Shown here: positions 8,266-17,270 of the stretch, piece after piece | Layout of the letters: each line of letters begins with the position of its first letter | How positions within the stretch are numbered: the stretch's first letter is position 1 | From: Caulobacter sp. | Lineage (GTDB): Bacteria; Pseudomonadota; Alphaproteobacteria; Caulobacterales; Caulobacteraceae | Direction of reading: 5' to 3' | DNA: 50,929 nucleotides | NCBI GenBank assembly: GCA_041905125.1 | Contig: JAYRLX010000001.1 | Span: forward strand, 1-50,929 | Translations under genes and position numbers: made by a program | Notes under the pieces: generated by a model | Databases searched by the model: none | What the model was told of the DNA's origin: nothing | Seen by the model: the letters and a program-made list of their open reading frames with translations, nothing else

Positions 8266-8607
8266 CTACCGACCATCGGGACCATAACCGCGATAGGCGT
8301 TGTAGGCGCAGTTGGCGCGCCTGGTCTTCCAGATCTCGATGTCCCGCGCGCTAGGCGCCTTCAGCTGGGTCCAAGACCCGCCCTTGGCCGTCCTGGCCGA
8401 GACGGTCACGAAGCCCTCGCACGGAAAGCGCCCGTCGCTGACGACGGTGCACCGCGGATGTCGGCCCCATCCGATCGTATCGGGGCCAAGCACCTGAACC
8501 ATGACCTTCAGCGAGACCCGCTGAGTGACGCCGCAGCGTCCGCAGTGTGATCGCAGCTGCCAGCCTAGGACGTGCATCTCGCCCAGGGTCAGCGCCGTAA
8601 GCGGCAT
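8266..8607 (-). CDS. Hypothetical Zn-ribbon-like protein
   Basis: MPLTALTLGEM...HCGRCG...HPRC...FPCEG; four Cys in a possible Zn-binding arrangement. Confidence 0.6.
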   Translation of the reverse strand: MPLTALTLGEMHVLGWQLRSHCGRCGVTQRVSLKVMVQVLGPDTIGWGRHPRCTVVSDGRFPCEGFVTVSARTAKGGSWTQLKAPSARDIEIWKTRRANCAYNAYRGYGPDGR

Positions 8608-8666
8608 AGCCGGCGGACAGACGCGATCGGGGCTTGGTCCACCCATCTCCAGTTTCCAGCCTTCTT

Positions 8667-8800
8667 GCCCGGACCTCGGGCGGGACCGGCGCGCGCCAAC
8701 GCGCCGATCGACGAGTGCTCCCTCGTCACGCACCGCCGTCGATCGCCGACGGCCCGTCCGCCCTGCCCAGGGCGGCGGACTCATAAGCGCCAAGAGGAGC
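8667..8800 (+). ncRNA. Candidate structured 5' leader RNA of the methyltransferase
   Basis: Five consecutive hairpins: 8667-8681, 8687-8706, 8710-8727, 8735-8753 and 8756-8780. The SD follows at 8794-8799. Confidence 0.45.
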
Positions 8801-8809
8801 TTCCCGCAA

Positions 8810-9673
8810 ATGAAATGTTCCGTAAATGTTCACGTTCCGCCATGCGACCCGGTGACGCCTGCTGAACCGGCAGCGCCATGGATTGGCGGCAAGCGCCACC
8901 TGGCCAAACGCATCTGCCAGATCCTGGCCGCGACGCCTCACGACGCGTACTGCGAGCCGTTCATTGGCATGGGCGGCGTATTCCTTCGTCGCGCCGTGCG
9001 GCCGAGCGTCGAGGTCATCAACGACGTGTCAGGCGACGTCGTAACGCTTTTCCGCGTCCTGCGGGCTCACCCCGAGGCGCTGCTCCGCGAGCTGCGCTGG
9101 CGGCCGGCGATGCGCGCGGAGTTCGATCGCCAGAAGGCCATAGCAGCCCACGACCTGACCGACGTCGAGCGGGCCGCCAGGTTCCTCTACCTTCAGGTCT
9201 TGGCGTTCGGCGGGAAGGTGCGCGGGCGGAACTTCGGCGTGGATCCGTCCGCGCCGCACAACTTCGATATCCGCCGCCTAGAGCCCAGGCTGCGGCGGAT
9301 CCACGACCGCCTTGCCGGCGTGACGATCGAGAACCTGGACTGGTCGGAGTTCATCCCGCGCTACGACCGCGCCGGCACGCTCTTCTATCTCGACCCGCCT
9401 TACTGGGGCAGCGAGGACGACTACGGCCGGGAGCTGTTCGCCCGATCGGACTTCGAGCGCCTGGCCGAGCTGCTGGCCTCGATCGAGGGGCGCTTCCTGC
9501 TGTCGATCAACGACGTGCCGGCGATGCGAACCGCGTTCGCCTGGGCAGACGTCGAGGCCGTGAACACGGTCTACTCTGTCGGCAACGCAGATCCCTCGGC
9601 GCCGGCGAAGGAGCTGCTGATCGGCAAGGGTGTTCGGCTGGATCTGGCCCAGCCCCAGGGAGGCTTGTTCTAG
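8810..9673 (+). CDS. Orphan D12-class (Dam-family) N6-adenine DNA methyltransferase
   Basis: PWIGGKRHLA, EPFIGMGGVF (motif I), EVINDV and YLDPPY (motif IV). ATG at 8810 has a gaggag SD; GTG at 8852 is an alternative start. Confidence 0.92.
   Translation: MKCSVNVHVPPCDPVTPAEPAAPWIGGKRHLAKRICQILAATPHDAYCEPFIGMGGVFLRRAVRPSVEVINDVSGDVVTLFRVLRAHPEALLRELRWRPAMRAEFDRQKAIAAHDLTDVERAARFLYLQVLAFGGKVRGRNFGVDPSAPHNFDIRRLEPRLRRIHDRLAGVTIENLDWSEFIPRYDRAGTLFYLDPPYWGSEDDYGRELFARSDFERLAELLASIEGRFLLSINDVPAMRTAFAWADVEAVNTVYSVGNADPSAPAKELLIGKGVRLDLAQPQGGLF
8817..8831 (+). promoter_or_regulatory. Alphaproteobacterial LexA (SOS) box
   Basis: GTTC-cgtaaat-GTTC is an exact match to GTTC-N7-GTTC. Confidence 0.65.
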
Positions 9674-9769
9674 CCTCGATCGGGCGCGGTCCAGCCGTTA
9701 GAGTCGGCTGAAAAGTCCAAGCAGGGAGGGGCGTGAACAGAACGGAAAAGCTTGGACGCGTCCGTTACA

Positions 9770-9782
9770 AGTCAATGACTTA
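9770..9782 (+). promoter_or_regulatory. IHF-like site beside att core
   Basis: AGTCAATGACTTA has one mismatch to WATCAANNNNTTR. It overlaps the palindrome aagtca-a-tgactt. Confidence 0.5.
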
Positions 9783-9783
9783 A

Positions 9784-9823
9784 ATCCGTCAGGTCGGCGG
9801 TTCGATCCCGCCCCCCGCCACCA
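9784..9823 (+). repeat. Prophage attachment site: 3' half of a tRNA (probably elongator tRNA-Met)
   Basis: ccgtc-aggtc-ggcgg-ttcgatc-ccgcc-ccccgcc-a-cca gives anticodon 3' stem, variable loop, T-arm, acceptor strand and CCA. No D-arm or 5' acceptor strand is present upstream. Confidence 0.85.
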
Positions 9824-9839
9824 GGACAAACGCTCAGGC

Positions 9840-10112
9840 TCAGGCCGAGATCGGCGGACGCTCGTTGTCCAGCCCGCCCACCACCAGCTTCAGCAGCGGC
9901 CGCGTCGCCGCCGGGCTTGAGCCCCGCAGCTCCTCGCCCAGCATGTGGAAGTAGTCGGCGATCCGGCTGTCCTGCTCGTGGCGCGCCAGAACATCCATCG
10001 CCTCGGCGAATTCCTGTCGCGACGCCGCGCCCTTGGCGGACAGCACGCCGACGAGAGCCGCGAACAGACCCGTCTGGATCTGTAACAGCGAAGGTTGGTC
10101 AGGCATTTCCAT
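9840..10112 (-). CDS. Hypothetical protein
   Basis: About 90 aa with aggag RBS; ends in an RPLLKLVVGG-type tail. Confidence 0.6.
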   Translation of the reverse strand: MEMPDQPSLLQIQTGLFAALVGVLSAKGAASRQEFAEAMDVLARHEQDSRIADYFHMLGEELRGSSPAATRPLLKLVVGGLDNERPPISA

Positions 10113-10356
10113 TTCGACACTCCTTGTCGCAACGGCCACCGGAATATATTGCCGCGCGTCGCCGGAAGCTCCCAATGAAAACGAACGTTTACATGCGAGG
10201 CGAATTGCCACACTGGACTGTGACGGAGTAAATTCAGCGGTCATTATTTACGGATATTTGCTGCGACAAGTTGTCCCTCTCGCGGCCGTGGCGAATCCGC
10301 AAAGTCTTTTCTCTCAAGGGTTTGACCCAGCCCCGCCGCGAGGCTGTACTGGCGGC

Positions 10357-10770
10357 ATGACGACCAACACCTTCAAAGGCGGATGTCTGTGCGGCGCGCT
10401 GCGCTGGGAGGCCGACCGCGCGCCCGACTATATGGGCCTGTGCTGCTGCGCCGACTGCCGCAAGGCTTCGGGCTCGGGCTTCATCCCGTTCATGGGATTT
10501 CCGGCCTCGGCGCTGACGATCACCGGCCCCGCGCGCCAGTATCGCAGCCGCGCCTTCCGGGGCGGAGAGGCGACGCGCAATTCTTGCCCGACCTGCGGCG
10601 GCCTGGTCTTCGGCGGAGAGCACGGCCTGCACGACAGCCACACGATCTATGCCGGCAGCCTCGACGATCCCCGCCTGTTCAAGCCGACCATGCTGCTGTT
10701 CGACCGCGATCGTCCGGACTGGGTGGTCCCGCCCGAGAGCTTGGCGCGCTACGCGACGATGCCGGAGTAG
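10357..10770 (+). CDS. GFA/CENP-V family protein
   Basis: GGCLCG, CCCADCRK and CPTCG Zn motifs. Confidence 0.88.
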   Translation: MTTNTFKGGCLCGALRWEADRAPDYMGLCCCADCRKASGSGFIPFMGFPASALTITGPARQYRSRAFRGGEATRNSCPTCGGLVFGGEHGLHDSHTIYAGSLDDPRLFKPTMLLFDRDRPDWVVPPESLARYATMPE

Positions 10771-10782
10771 CGCGCCGATCGA

Positions 10783-11322
10783 CTAGCCGCCCGGAAAGGT
10801 GCCCGGCCGGATGTAGGCGAACATGTGGCTGACCCAATCGGGCTTGCCCAGCGGCACGCCCTTGTGGCGCAGGATCGCGTAGGCGGTGGTCGCGTGGAAA
10901 TAGAACTGCGCCAAGGCCCAGTCGCGAACGAACTGCTCGCCGGTCATGTCGAAGACGATCCCGTTGGGCAGCTTCAGCTCGATCATCTTTTCGGCGGCGC
11001 CCTCGAAGGCCGAGGCCGGCGTCGCCTCCAGGCGCGCCACGGCGTCGGCGAGTTGGGCTCGCAGCCCCTCGAAGCTGGTCGCGTCCTCGGCCGGCGCAAA
11101 GGAGTCCGCGCCGGTCAGGTGGCGCAGCAGATCGCTGGCCTGATTGCAGACGAACCGCACCTGGGTCGACAGCGGGAACATGTCCGGCGCCAGGCGCGCG
11201 CCAATCAGAGCGTCGGGCGAAAGACCGCTTTCGGCCGCGAAGGCTTCGGCTTTGGTCAGCTGGGTCGACAGGCCCTTGATCATCTGAAGATAGGTCGGAA
11301 CGGCGATCGCGTACGGATCCAT
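10783..11322 (-). CDS. DUF1993 family protein
   Basis: ARLAPDMFPLSTQV and QFYFHATTAYAILRHKGVPLGK motifs. Confidence 0.88.
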   Translation of the reverse strand: MDPYAIAVPTYLQMIKGLSTQLTKAEAFAAESGLSPDALIGARLAPDMFPLSTQVRFVCNQASDLLRHLTGADSFAPAEDATSFEGLRAQLADAVARLEATPASAFEGAAEKMIELKLPNGIVFDMTGEQFVRDWALAQFYFHATTAYAILRHKGVPLGKPDWVSHMFAYIRPGTFPGG

Positions 11323-11365
11323 GACGTCTTCTCCAAGCGGCGCCGGTCGCGCGCGCCCAGAGGAC

Positions 11366-12109
11366 TTAGGCGCTCGGCCCGAAGCGCGCCACCAGATCGT
11401 AGGCCTCGCCCGGAAAGACCTGGCGGACGCGGGTGACGCCCCGCCCTTCCCGCCAGGTGCGACGGTCGACGACCAGGCAGGCCGCGCCTTCGTCGAGGGC
11501 CAGCAGGTGGGCGTCCTCGGAGTCGGCGTTGACCGCGCTGATCCGGCTTTCGGCCTCGGTCCAGGCGACATGCTCCAGCAGCCAGGCGCCGGGCGTGATC
11601 GTCGCGAAGTCGGCCGCCTCGATCTCCGGCGCCGCCTTCAGCGAGACCAAACGCCGCTCCAGGGCGAACGGGCGGCCGTCGGCATCGTGGACGCCGTCCA
11701 GCGCGAGCAGTTGGCCGCCCGCCGCCAATTCGATCTCGCCCGGCGCGTCCCGATGGGGGGCGCGCACCGCCCGCGCCAGAAGCCGGAAGGCGTAGGCTTC
11801 GCCCCGCGCCTCGATCTCGGCCTGGATGTCGGGGATGTTCAGGACGGGCGCATGCACCTTGGGGCGGGCCACGAACGAGCCGGCCCGCTTGCGACGCACG
11901 ATCAGCCCCGCCTCGACCAGAGCGGTCATCGCCTTGCTGACGGTCATGCGGGCGCAGCCGTACTGGCTCATCAGCTCGGTCTCGAAGGGCACGCGATGGC
12001 CCGGCGGCCAGGCGCCGGAGCGGATGCGCGCCTCGATCTCGGCGCGGATGCGCTGGTGCATCGGCGCGTCGGCCAAACTCGAAACCCCTTGAGTTCCCGC
12101 GTCAGTCAC
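11366..12109 (-). CDS. hutC: Histidine utilization repressor (GntR/UTRA)
   Basis: GntR HTH (WPPGHRVPFETELM...ARMTVSKA) plus UTRA domain, divergent from hutH. Start uncertain (12109 GTG or 12061 ATG). Confidence 0.88.
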   Translation of the reverse strand: MTDAGTQGVSSLADAPMHQRIRAEIEARIRSGAWPPGHRVPFETELMSQYGCARMTVSKAMTALVEAGLIVRRKRAGSFVARPKVHAPVLNIPDIQAEIEARGEAYAFRLLARAVRAPHRDAPGEIELAAGGQLLALDGVHDADGRPFALERRLVSLKAAPEIEAADFATITPGAWLLEHVAWTEAESRISAVNADSEDAHLLALDEGAACLVVDRRTWREGRGVTRVRQVFPGEAYDLVARFGPSA

Positions 12110-12132
12110 TGGATAAGCCTCATCGTTCGCAA

Positions 12133-12148
12133 ATATGCCTATACATAT
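12133..12148. promoter_or_regulatory. Probable HutC operator
   Basis: ATATGCCTATACATAT, an imperfect palindrome resembling TGTA-N2-TACA, between hutC and hutH. Confidence 0.65.
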
Positions 12149-12194
12149 TCGAGGACGGTGCAAAGAACCGGCCTAGACGCCTCTGGAGACCTGA

Positions 12195-13721
12195 GTGACT
12201 GAGCTTGTGCTGAACCCTGGCGACGTGGCGCTGGCGGACTGGAAGGCGATCTATCGCGGCGCGGGCGCCCGCCTGGCGGAAGGGGCCTGGCCGGTGATCG
12301 CCGCCAGCGCGGCGGCGGTCCAGCGCATCCTGGCCAAGGGCGAGCCGATCTACGGGATCAACACCGGCTTCGGGAAGCTGGCCAGCGTCCGCATCGGCGA
12401 CGAGGACTTGGCCACTCTTCAGCGCAACATCGTCCTGTCTCACGCCGCCGGGGTCGGCGCGCCCTCGCCCGTTCCGGCGATCCGCCTGATGATGGCGCTG
12501 AAGCTGGCCAGCCTGGCGCAGGGGGCCTCGGGCGTGCGGGTCGAGACCGTGCGCCTGCTAGAAGCGATGCTGCTCAAGGGCCTGACGCCGGTCGTCCCCT
12601 GCCAGGGCTCGGTCGGCGCCTCGGGGGACCTCGCCCCGCTGTCGCACATGGCCGCGACCATGATCGGCGTTGGCGAGATCTTCGTCGGCGAGGCCCGCGT
12701 CCCGGCCGGCGAGGCGCTGCGCGCGGCGGGCCTGACGCCCGTAACGCTGGGTCCCAAGGAGGGCCTGGCGCTGCTGAACGGCACCCAGTTCTCGACCGCC
12801 AACGCCCTGGCGGGCCTGTTCGAGGCCGAACGCCTGTTCCAGACCGCCCTGGTCACCGGCGCCCTGTCGACCGAGGCCGCCAAGGGTTCGGACACGCCGT
12901 TCGATCCCCGCATCCACCAACTGCGCCGCCACGCCGGCCAGATCGAGACCGCCGCCGCCCTGCGCGCGCTGATGGCGGGCTCGGCGATCCGCGCCTCGCA
13001 CCTGAAGGAGGATGAGCGCGTCCAGGACCCCTACTGCCTGCGCTGCCAGCCGCAGGTGATGGGCGCCGCGCTGGACGTCCTGCGCCAGGCCGCCGCCACC
13101 CTGGCTGCCGAGGCCAATGGCGTCTCGGACAACCCGTTGATCTTTCCGGAAGCCGACGAGGCCCTCTCCGGCGGCAACTTCCACGCCGAGCCGGTGGCCT
13201 TCGCCGCCGACATGATCGCCCTGGCCGTCTGCGAGATCGGCTCGATCGCCGAGCGCCGGATCGCCATGCTGGTCGACCCCGCGCTGTCGGGCCTGCCCGC
13301 CTTCCTGACGCCGAAGCCTGGCCTGAACTCAGGCTTCATGATCCCGCAGGTGACCGCCGCGGCCCTGGTCTCGGAGAACAAGCAGAAGGCCTATCCGGCC
13401 AGCGTCGACTCGATCCCGACCTCCGCGAACCAGGAGGACCACGTGTCGATGGCCGCCCATGGCGCCCGCCGCCTGCTGGGCATGGTCGAGAACGCCGATG
13501 CGGTGCTGGGGATCGAACTGCTGGCGGCCGCCCAAGGCTGCGACTTCCACGCGCCGTTGCGATCCAGCGAGGTGCTGGAGGCGGTCCGCGCCCTGACGCG
13601 CGACGAGGTGGCCTACCTTTCCGACGATCGTCACTTCCATCCCGATCTCGAGGCGGCCAACGCCCTGGTGCGCTCGGGCGCGGTGATCGCGGCGGCGGGT
13701 GGTCTGCCGGGCGTCGCCTAG
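12195..13721 (+). CDS. hutH: Histidine ammonia-lyase
   Basis: [11 protein letters not shown]-forming [23 protein letters not shown] and NQEDHVSM motifs. Confidence 0.95.
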   Translation: MTELVLNPGDVALADWKAIYRGAGARLAEGAWPVIAASAAAVQRILAKGEPIYGINTGFGKLASVRIGDEDLATLQRNIVLSHAAGVGAPSPVPAIRLMMALKLASLAQGASGVRVETVRLLEAMLLKGLTPVVPCQGSVGASGDLAPLSHMAATMIGVGEIFVGEARVPAGEALRAAGLTPVTLGPKEGLALLNGTQFSTANALAGLFEAERLFQTALVTGALSTEAAKGSDTPFDPRIHQLRRHAGQIETAAALRALMAGSAIRASHLKEDERVQDPYCLRCQPQVMGAALDVLRQAAATLAAEANGVSDNPLIFPEADEALSGGNFHAEPVAFAADMIALAVCEIGSIAERRIAMLVDPALSGLPAFLTPKPGLNSGFMIPQVTAAALVSENKQKAYPASVDSIPTSANQEDHVSMAAHGARRLLGMVENADAVLGIELLAAAQGCDFHAPLRSSEVLEAVRALTRDEVAYLSDDRHFHPDLEAANALVRSGAVIAAAGGLPGVA

Positions 13722-15265
13722 CGCGCCAGCATCGCCGCGGCCTCGGCCGGGCTCTTCTTGCCGGTGTCGCGATCGACGGCGTAGTTGGCCGCCTGCATCG
13801 CCCGGAGGCTGATCGCGCCGCTCAACGGCCGCAGGGCGTCGAGAAGACGCCGATCCGCCGCCCGCTTCGGGGCGACCAGGATCACCGCGTCGTAGGGTGG
13901 CAGCGCGCCCTTCGGGTCGGCCAGCAGCACCAGGTCGTCGGCGGCGATCCGACCGTCGGACGAGAAGGCCGAGATCACGTCCGCCTCGCGGCTCGCCAAG
14001 GCCCGGTACATGAAGGTCGGCTGGAACTGCCGCTTGGCCCGGAAACGCAGGCCGTAGGCCTTCTCCACCGCCGCCCACTCCGGCCGCGAAAAGAACTCCA
14101 GGTCGCCGCCCATGGTCAGTTCGGGGGCGCGGGCAGCCAGGTCCGCGAGGGACCTGATCCCCAGCGCCTCGGCGCGGTCGCGGCGCATGGCCAGGGCGTA
14201 GGCGTTCTCAAAGCCCAGCGGGGCCAGCACGACGACGCCGTCGCGGGCTTTCAGCTCGGTCCGCAAGCCGTCCAGCACCGCCTGGCGGCCGGGGTTGTCC
14301 TTGCGGTTCAGCACATTCGCCCAGAGCGTGCCGGAATAGTCGACATAGGCGTCGATCTCGCCGGCGGCCAGCGCCCGGTAGGCTACGGCCGAACCGAGGT
14401 TCACCCGCCGCTGCACGCTCGCCCCCTCGCGCTCCAGCCGCCCCGCCATCAGCTCGGCCAGGATATACTGCTCGGAGAAGTTCTTGGCGCCGACCACGTA
14501 GGATGCTCGGCTATGGCCCAGCGCGCCGACGGCCAACGGCGCCAGCGCCGCGACGAGGCCGACCGCCAAACCAACGCCGCCCGCCAGGAGGCGCTTGCCG
14601 TCCCGCCTGGCCACGCCCGCCTCGATCAGGCCAAGCAGTCCTTCGACGATCAGGGCCAATCCCGCGGAAGCGGCGCAGCCAACCAGCACCGCGACCCAGT
14701 CCTCGGTCTGCAGCCCTGAAAAGATGTAGTCGCCCAGCGAGGTCTGACCGACTGGCGTGGACAGCGTCGCGGCCCCGATCGTCCAGACGGCGGCCGTGCG
14801 CACGCCGGCCATGATCACTGGCGCGGCGAGGGGCAGCTCCACCCGCCACAATCGCTGGCGATCGGTCATGCCCACGCCCTTGGCCGCCTCGACCACCGCC
14901 GGATCGACGCTCGCGAGCCCGGCCGCGGCGTTCCGCAGGATCGGCAGCATCGAATACAGCGTCAGGGCCAGCAGCGACGGCAGGAAGCCCAGGGCGGGAA
15001 AGCCGTGCCCCAAGACCTTCTCCGCCAGGCGCGAGAGCAGCAGCAGGATCGGATAGAACAGCGCCAGCAGGGCCAGGCTGGGGATGGTCTGCACCAGCCC
15101 GGCGCTGGCCAGCGCGATCCACTTCAGGCGCGGATGGCGAGCGGCGGCGATTCCCAGCGGCAGGGCGATGGCGAGACCGAGCGCCAGGGCGGAGGCCGAG
15201 AGGGCCACGTGCCAGCCCAGGCGCTCGGGCAGGACGGCGAGCGCGGCGTCGAGACGATCAGCCAC
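13718..15265 (-). CDS. Osmoprotectant-type ABC transporter, fused permease and substrate-binding domain
   Basis: QTIPSLALL and EAAKGVGMT (EAA loop), followed by a [11 protein letters not shown]puAC-type domain. Confidence 0.9.
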   Translation of the reverse strand: MADRLDAALAVLPERLGWHVALSASALALGLAIALPLGIAAARHPRLKWIALASAGLVQTIPSLALLALFYPILLLLSRLAEKVLGHGFPALGFLPSLLALTLYSMLPILRNAAAGLASVDPAVVEAAKGVGMTDRQRLWRVELPLAAPVIMAGVRTAAVWTIGAATLSTPVGQTSLGDYIFSGLQTEDWVAVLVGCAASAGLALIVEGLLGLIEAGVARRDGKRLLAGGVGLAVGLVAALAPLAVGALGHSRASYVVGAKNFSEQYILAELMAGRLEREGASVQRRVNLGSAVAYRALAAGEIDAYVDYSGTLWANVLNRKDNPGRQAVLDGLRTELKARDGVVVLAPLGFENAYALAMRRDRAEALGIRSLADLAARAPELTMGGDLEFFSRPEWAAVEKAYGLRFRAKRQFQPTFMYRALASREADVISAFSSDGRIAADDLVLLADPKGALPPYDAVILVAPKRAADRRLLDALRPLSGAISLRAMQAANYAVDRDTGKKSPAEAAAMLAR

Positions 15266-16022
15266 GGACCAGCTCCGCCAGGCGCTGGGCCTGTCGCCGC
15301 GGCGCGGCGATCAGGTCGGCGACCACGGGGTCTGGATGCCCCGCCAGCAGCTCGCGCGGCGGCGCCTGGGCCAGCACCGTCCCGGCCGCCATCACCACCA
15401 CCTCGTCGGCCAGCAGCAGGGCTTCGCCGACATCGTGGGTGACCATCACCGTGGTCAGGCCCAGCGCCTCGTGCAGCCGCCGCACATCGTCGGCCAGGGC
15501 CACGCGGACGACCGGATCCAAGGCGCCGAACGGCTCGTCCATCAGCAGGATCGTGGGGCGAGCGGCCAAGGCGCGGGCGACGCCCACGCGCTGGCGCTGA
15601 CCGCCGGAGAGCTGCGCCGGCGCGCGACTTGCGACATCTCGCGGCAAGGCTACGAGGTCTAGCAGCTCCGCCGTTCGCGCGGCGATGGTCTCGCTTGGCC
15701 AGCCCAGCAGAGTCGGCGTGATCCCGATGTTCTGAGCGACGCTCATGTGCGGGAAGAGACCGGTCTCCTGAAAGACATAGCCGATGCCCCTGCGCAGCTC
15801 CGGACCGGGGCGAAGGGCGATGTCCTCGCCATCGACCAGCACGCGCCCCGAGGTCGGCGTGATCAGGCCGTTGATCAGCTTCAGCAGCGTGGTCTTGCCC
15901 GCGCCGGATCCGCCGACCAGGGCGACGAAGCGGCCCTTGGCGATCCGCAGGTCGGTCTGCGCCAGGACGGTCTGGCCGCCGTACGACTTGCTCACCCGGT
16001 CGAGGACGATGGCGTCGGTCAT
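15258..16022 (-). CDS. ABC transporter ATP-binding protein (OpuA/ProV-like)
   Basis: GGSGAGKT, LSGGQRQR and LLMDEPFGALD motifs. Confidence 0.92.
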   Translation of the reverse strand: MTDAIVLDRVSKSYGGQTVLAQTDLRIAKGRFVALVGGSGAGKTTLLKLINGLITPTSGRVLVDGEDIALRPGPELRRGIGYVFQETGLFPHMSVAQNIGITPTLLGWPSETIAARTAELLDLVALPRDVASRAPAQLSGGQRQRVGVARALAARPTILLMDEPFGALDPVVRVALADDVRRLHEALGLTTVMVTHDVGEALLLADEVVVMAAGTVLAQAPPRELLAGHPDPVVADLIAAPRRQAQRLAELVRG

Positions 16023-16170
16023 GCGGGCTCCGGGCGGCTCGGGAATCGACCTTCGCCGGTTCCAAGCCGGAAATCAAAGCCGGGGTGCGACAAGGCGGCG
16101 CGCGACAGGTCGTCCGGTTCGCGAAAGCCGAGTCAATCTCGACCATGGGCGCATGGTTAAGGAGCGCTTG

Positions 16171-16323
16171 ATGCCCTTCGCGTCGCAGACCCGTCCGTTC
16201 GATCCCCGCGCCCGTCGGCCCCGCCAGTGGCCGCTCGGCGTCGCCGTGTTGGTCGCGGCCGTCCTGAACGCGATCGTCTGGGGCGGGCTCTTATCGGTCG
16301 CCCGCGCGTTCCTGCGTCTGTGA
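16171..16323 (+). CDS. Small single-TM protein (50 aa)
   Basis: aggag RBS; MPFASQTRPFDPRARRPRQWPLGVAVLVAAVLNAIVWGGLLSVARAFLRL; followed by a terminator. Confidence 0.55.
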   Translation: MPFASQTRPFDPRARRPRQWPLGVAVLVAAVLNAIVWGGLLSVARAFLRL

Positions 16324-16363
16324 GCGTAGCGTTTTTGCTTTTTCTCCCCCGAGCGACTTGAAG

Positions 16364-16390
16364 GCCGCGCCCCGGGCGCGGCTCTTTTTT
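16364..16390 (+). terminator. Rho-independent terminator
   Basis: gccgcgcc-ccg-ggcgcggc followed by tctttttt. Confidence 0.75.
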
Positions 16391-16397
16391 CGTCGGC

Positions 16398-17270
16398 TCA
16401 GCCCCGCTGGGCGACCGCGCGGTCCAGGGCCGCCAGCACGTGCTCGGCCAGCCGATCGGCCGCCGGACCAGCCTCGCGATTGCGGATCAGGGCGATCTCG
16501 CCGTCGGCCAGGGGCGGCGCCTCGCCGGCCAGGATGGTGAGATCGTCGGGGACCATGGCCCGAGGCAACACGGAGACGCCTAGGCCCGCCCGTAGCGCCG
16601 CCAGCTGCCCCGCCACCGAGGGGCTCGTATAGGCGATGCGCCAGGCGCGCCCCGCCTCGTCCAGGGCCGTGGTCGCGCGCCGGCGATAGACGCAGGGAGA
16701 CGGCGCGGCGATCAGCGAGACGACCTTGCCGGACGCCAGGTCCTCGCCATCGCGCCCGACCCAGACCAGAGGCTCGCGCCAGACCCGCACCCCCAGTTCG
16801 CCGCCCAGCGGTTCGCGCTTGACCAGCGCCAGGTCCAGCTCGCCGGCGCTCATCCTGTCCAGAAGGCGAAGGGTCAGGTCGCATGTGACCGAAAGGGCGA
16901 TCCGCGGATGGCTGCGGGCGAAGGCGCCCAGCACCGCCGGCAGGTGGGCCGTCGCGAAGTCCTCCGGCGCGCCCATCCGGACCTCGCCCTCGACCTCGTC
17001 GGCCGCCAGCGCCGCGACGATGTCGTCATTGACCCGCAGCAGCCGCCGCGCCTGGGCCAGGAACACCTCGCCCTTGTCGGTCAGGCTGACCCGGCGCGCG
17101 TCGCGTTGGAACAAGGGCTCGCCGATCAGGTCCTCCAACCGCCGCACCTGCAAGCTGACCGCCGACTGGGAGCGGCCCAGGCGCTCGCCGGCGCGGGTGA
17201 AGCTGCGGCTTTCGCTGACCGTGACAAAGGCGCGGACCAGGTCGAGATCGAGATTCGTCGCGTTCGGCAT
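16398..17270 (-). CDS. LysR family transcriptional regulator
   Basis: SFTRAGERLGRSQSAVSLQVRRLE HTH. Confidence 0.93.
   Translation of the reverse strand: MPNATNLDLDLVRAFVTVSESRSFTRAGERLGRSQSAVSLQVRRLEDLIGEPLFQRDARRVSLTDKGEVFLAQARRLLRVNDDIVAALAADEVEGEVRMGAPEDFATAHLPAVLGAFARSHPRIALSVTCDLTLRLLDRMSAGELDLALVKREPLGGELGVRVWREPLVWVGRDGEDLASGKVVSLIAAPSPCVYRRRATTALDEAGRAWRIAYTSPSVAGQLAALRAGLGVSVLPRAMVPDDLTILAGEAPPLADGEIALIRNREAGPAADRLAEHVLAALDRAVAQRG

Larger units (their letters stand above)
1..9823. mobile_element. Right-hand end of a tRNA-integrated prophage (left part outside window)
   Basis: Tail-like gene, holin/endolysin/Rz-Rz1 lysis cassette and orphan DNA methylase, bounded by a tRNA 3' half ending CCA at 9823. 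Housekeeping genes follow. Confidence 0.92.

Noticed and set aside
8700..8790. HDV-like ribozyme or SAM/SAH riboswitch in the methylase leader
   Set aside because: ctccctcgt resembles an HDV L3 loop, and the minus strand has gcgtgacgagg, but the required P1/P1.1/J4-2 elements and the SAM/SAH core could not be built.
9776..9823. Complete tRNA-Leu(TAA)
   Set aside because: No 5' acceptor strand, D-arm or 5' anticodon stem, and the variable loop is short; this is an att remnant.
12195..16022. Ergothioneine uptake/catabolism system (EgtU-like fusion next to a lyase)
   Set aside because: The lyase looks like canonical MIO-type HutH under HutC, the transporter is convergent, and nothing in the sequence specifies its substrate.
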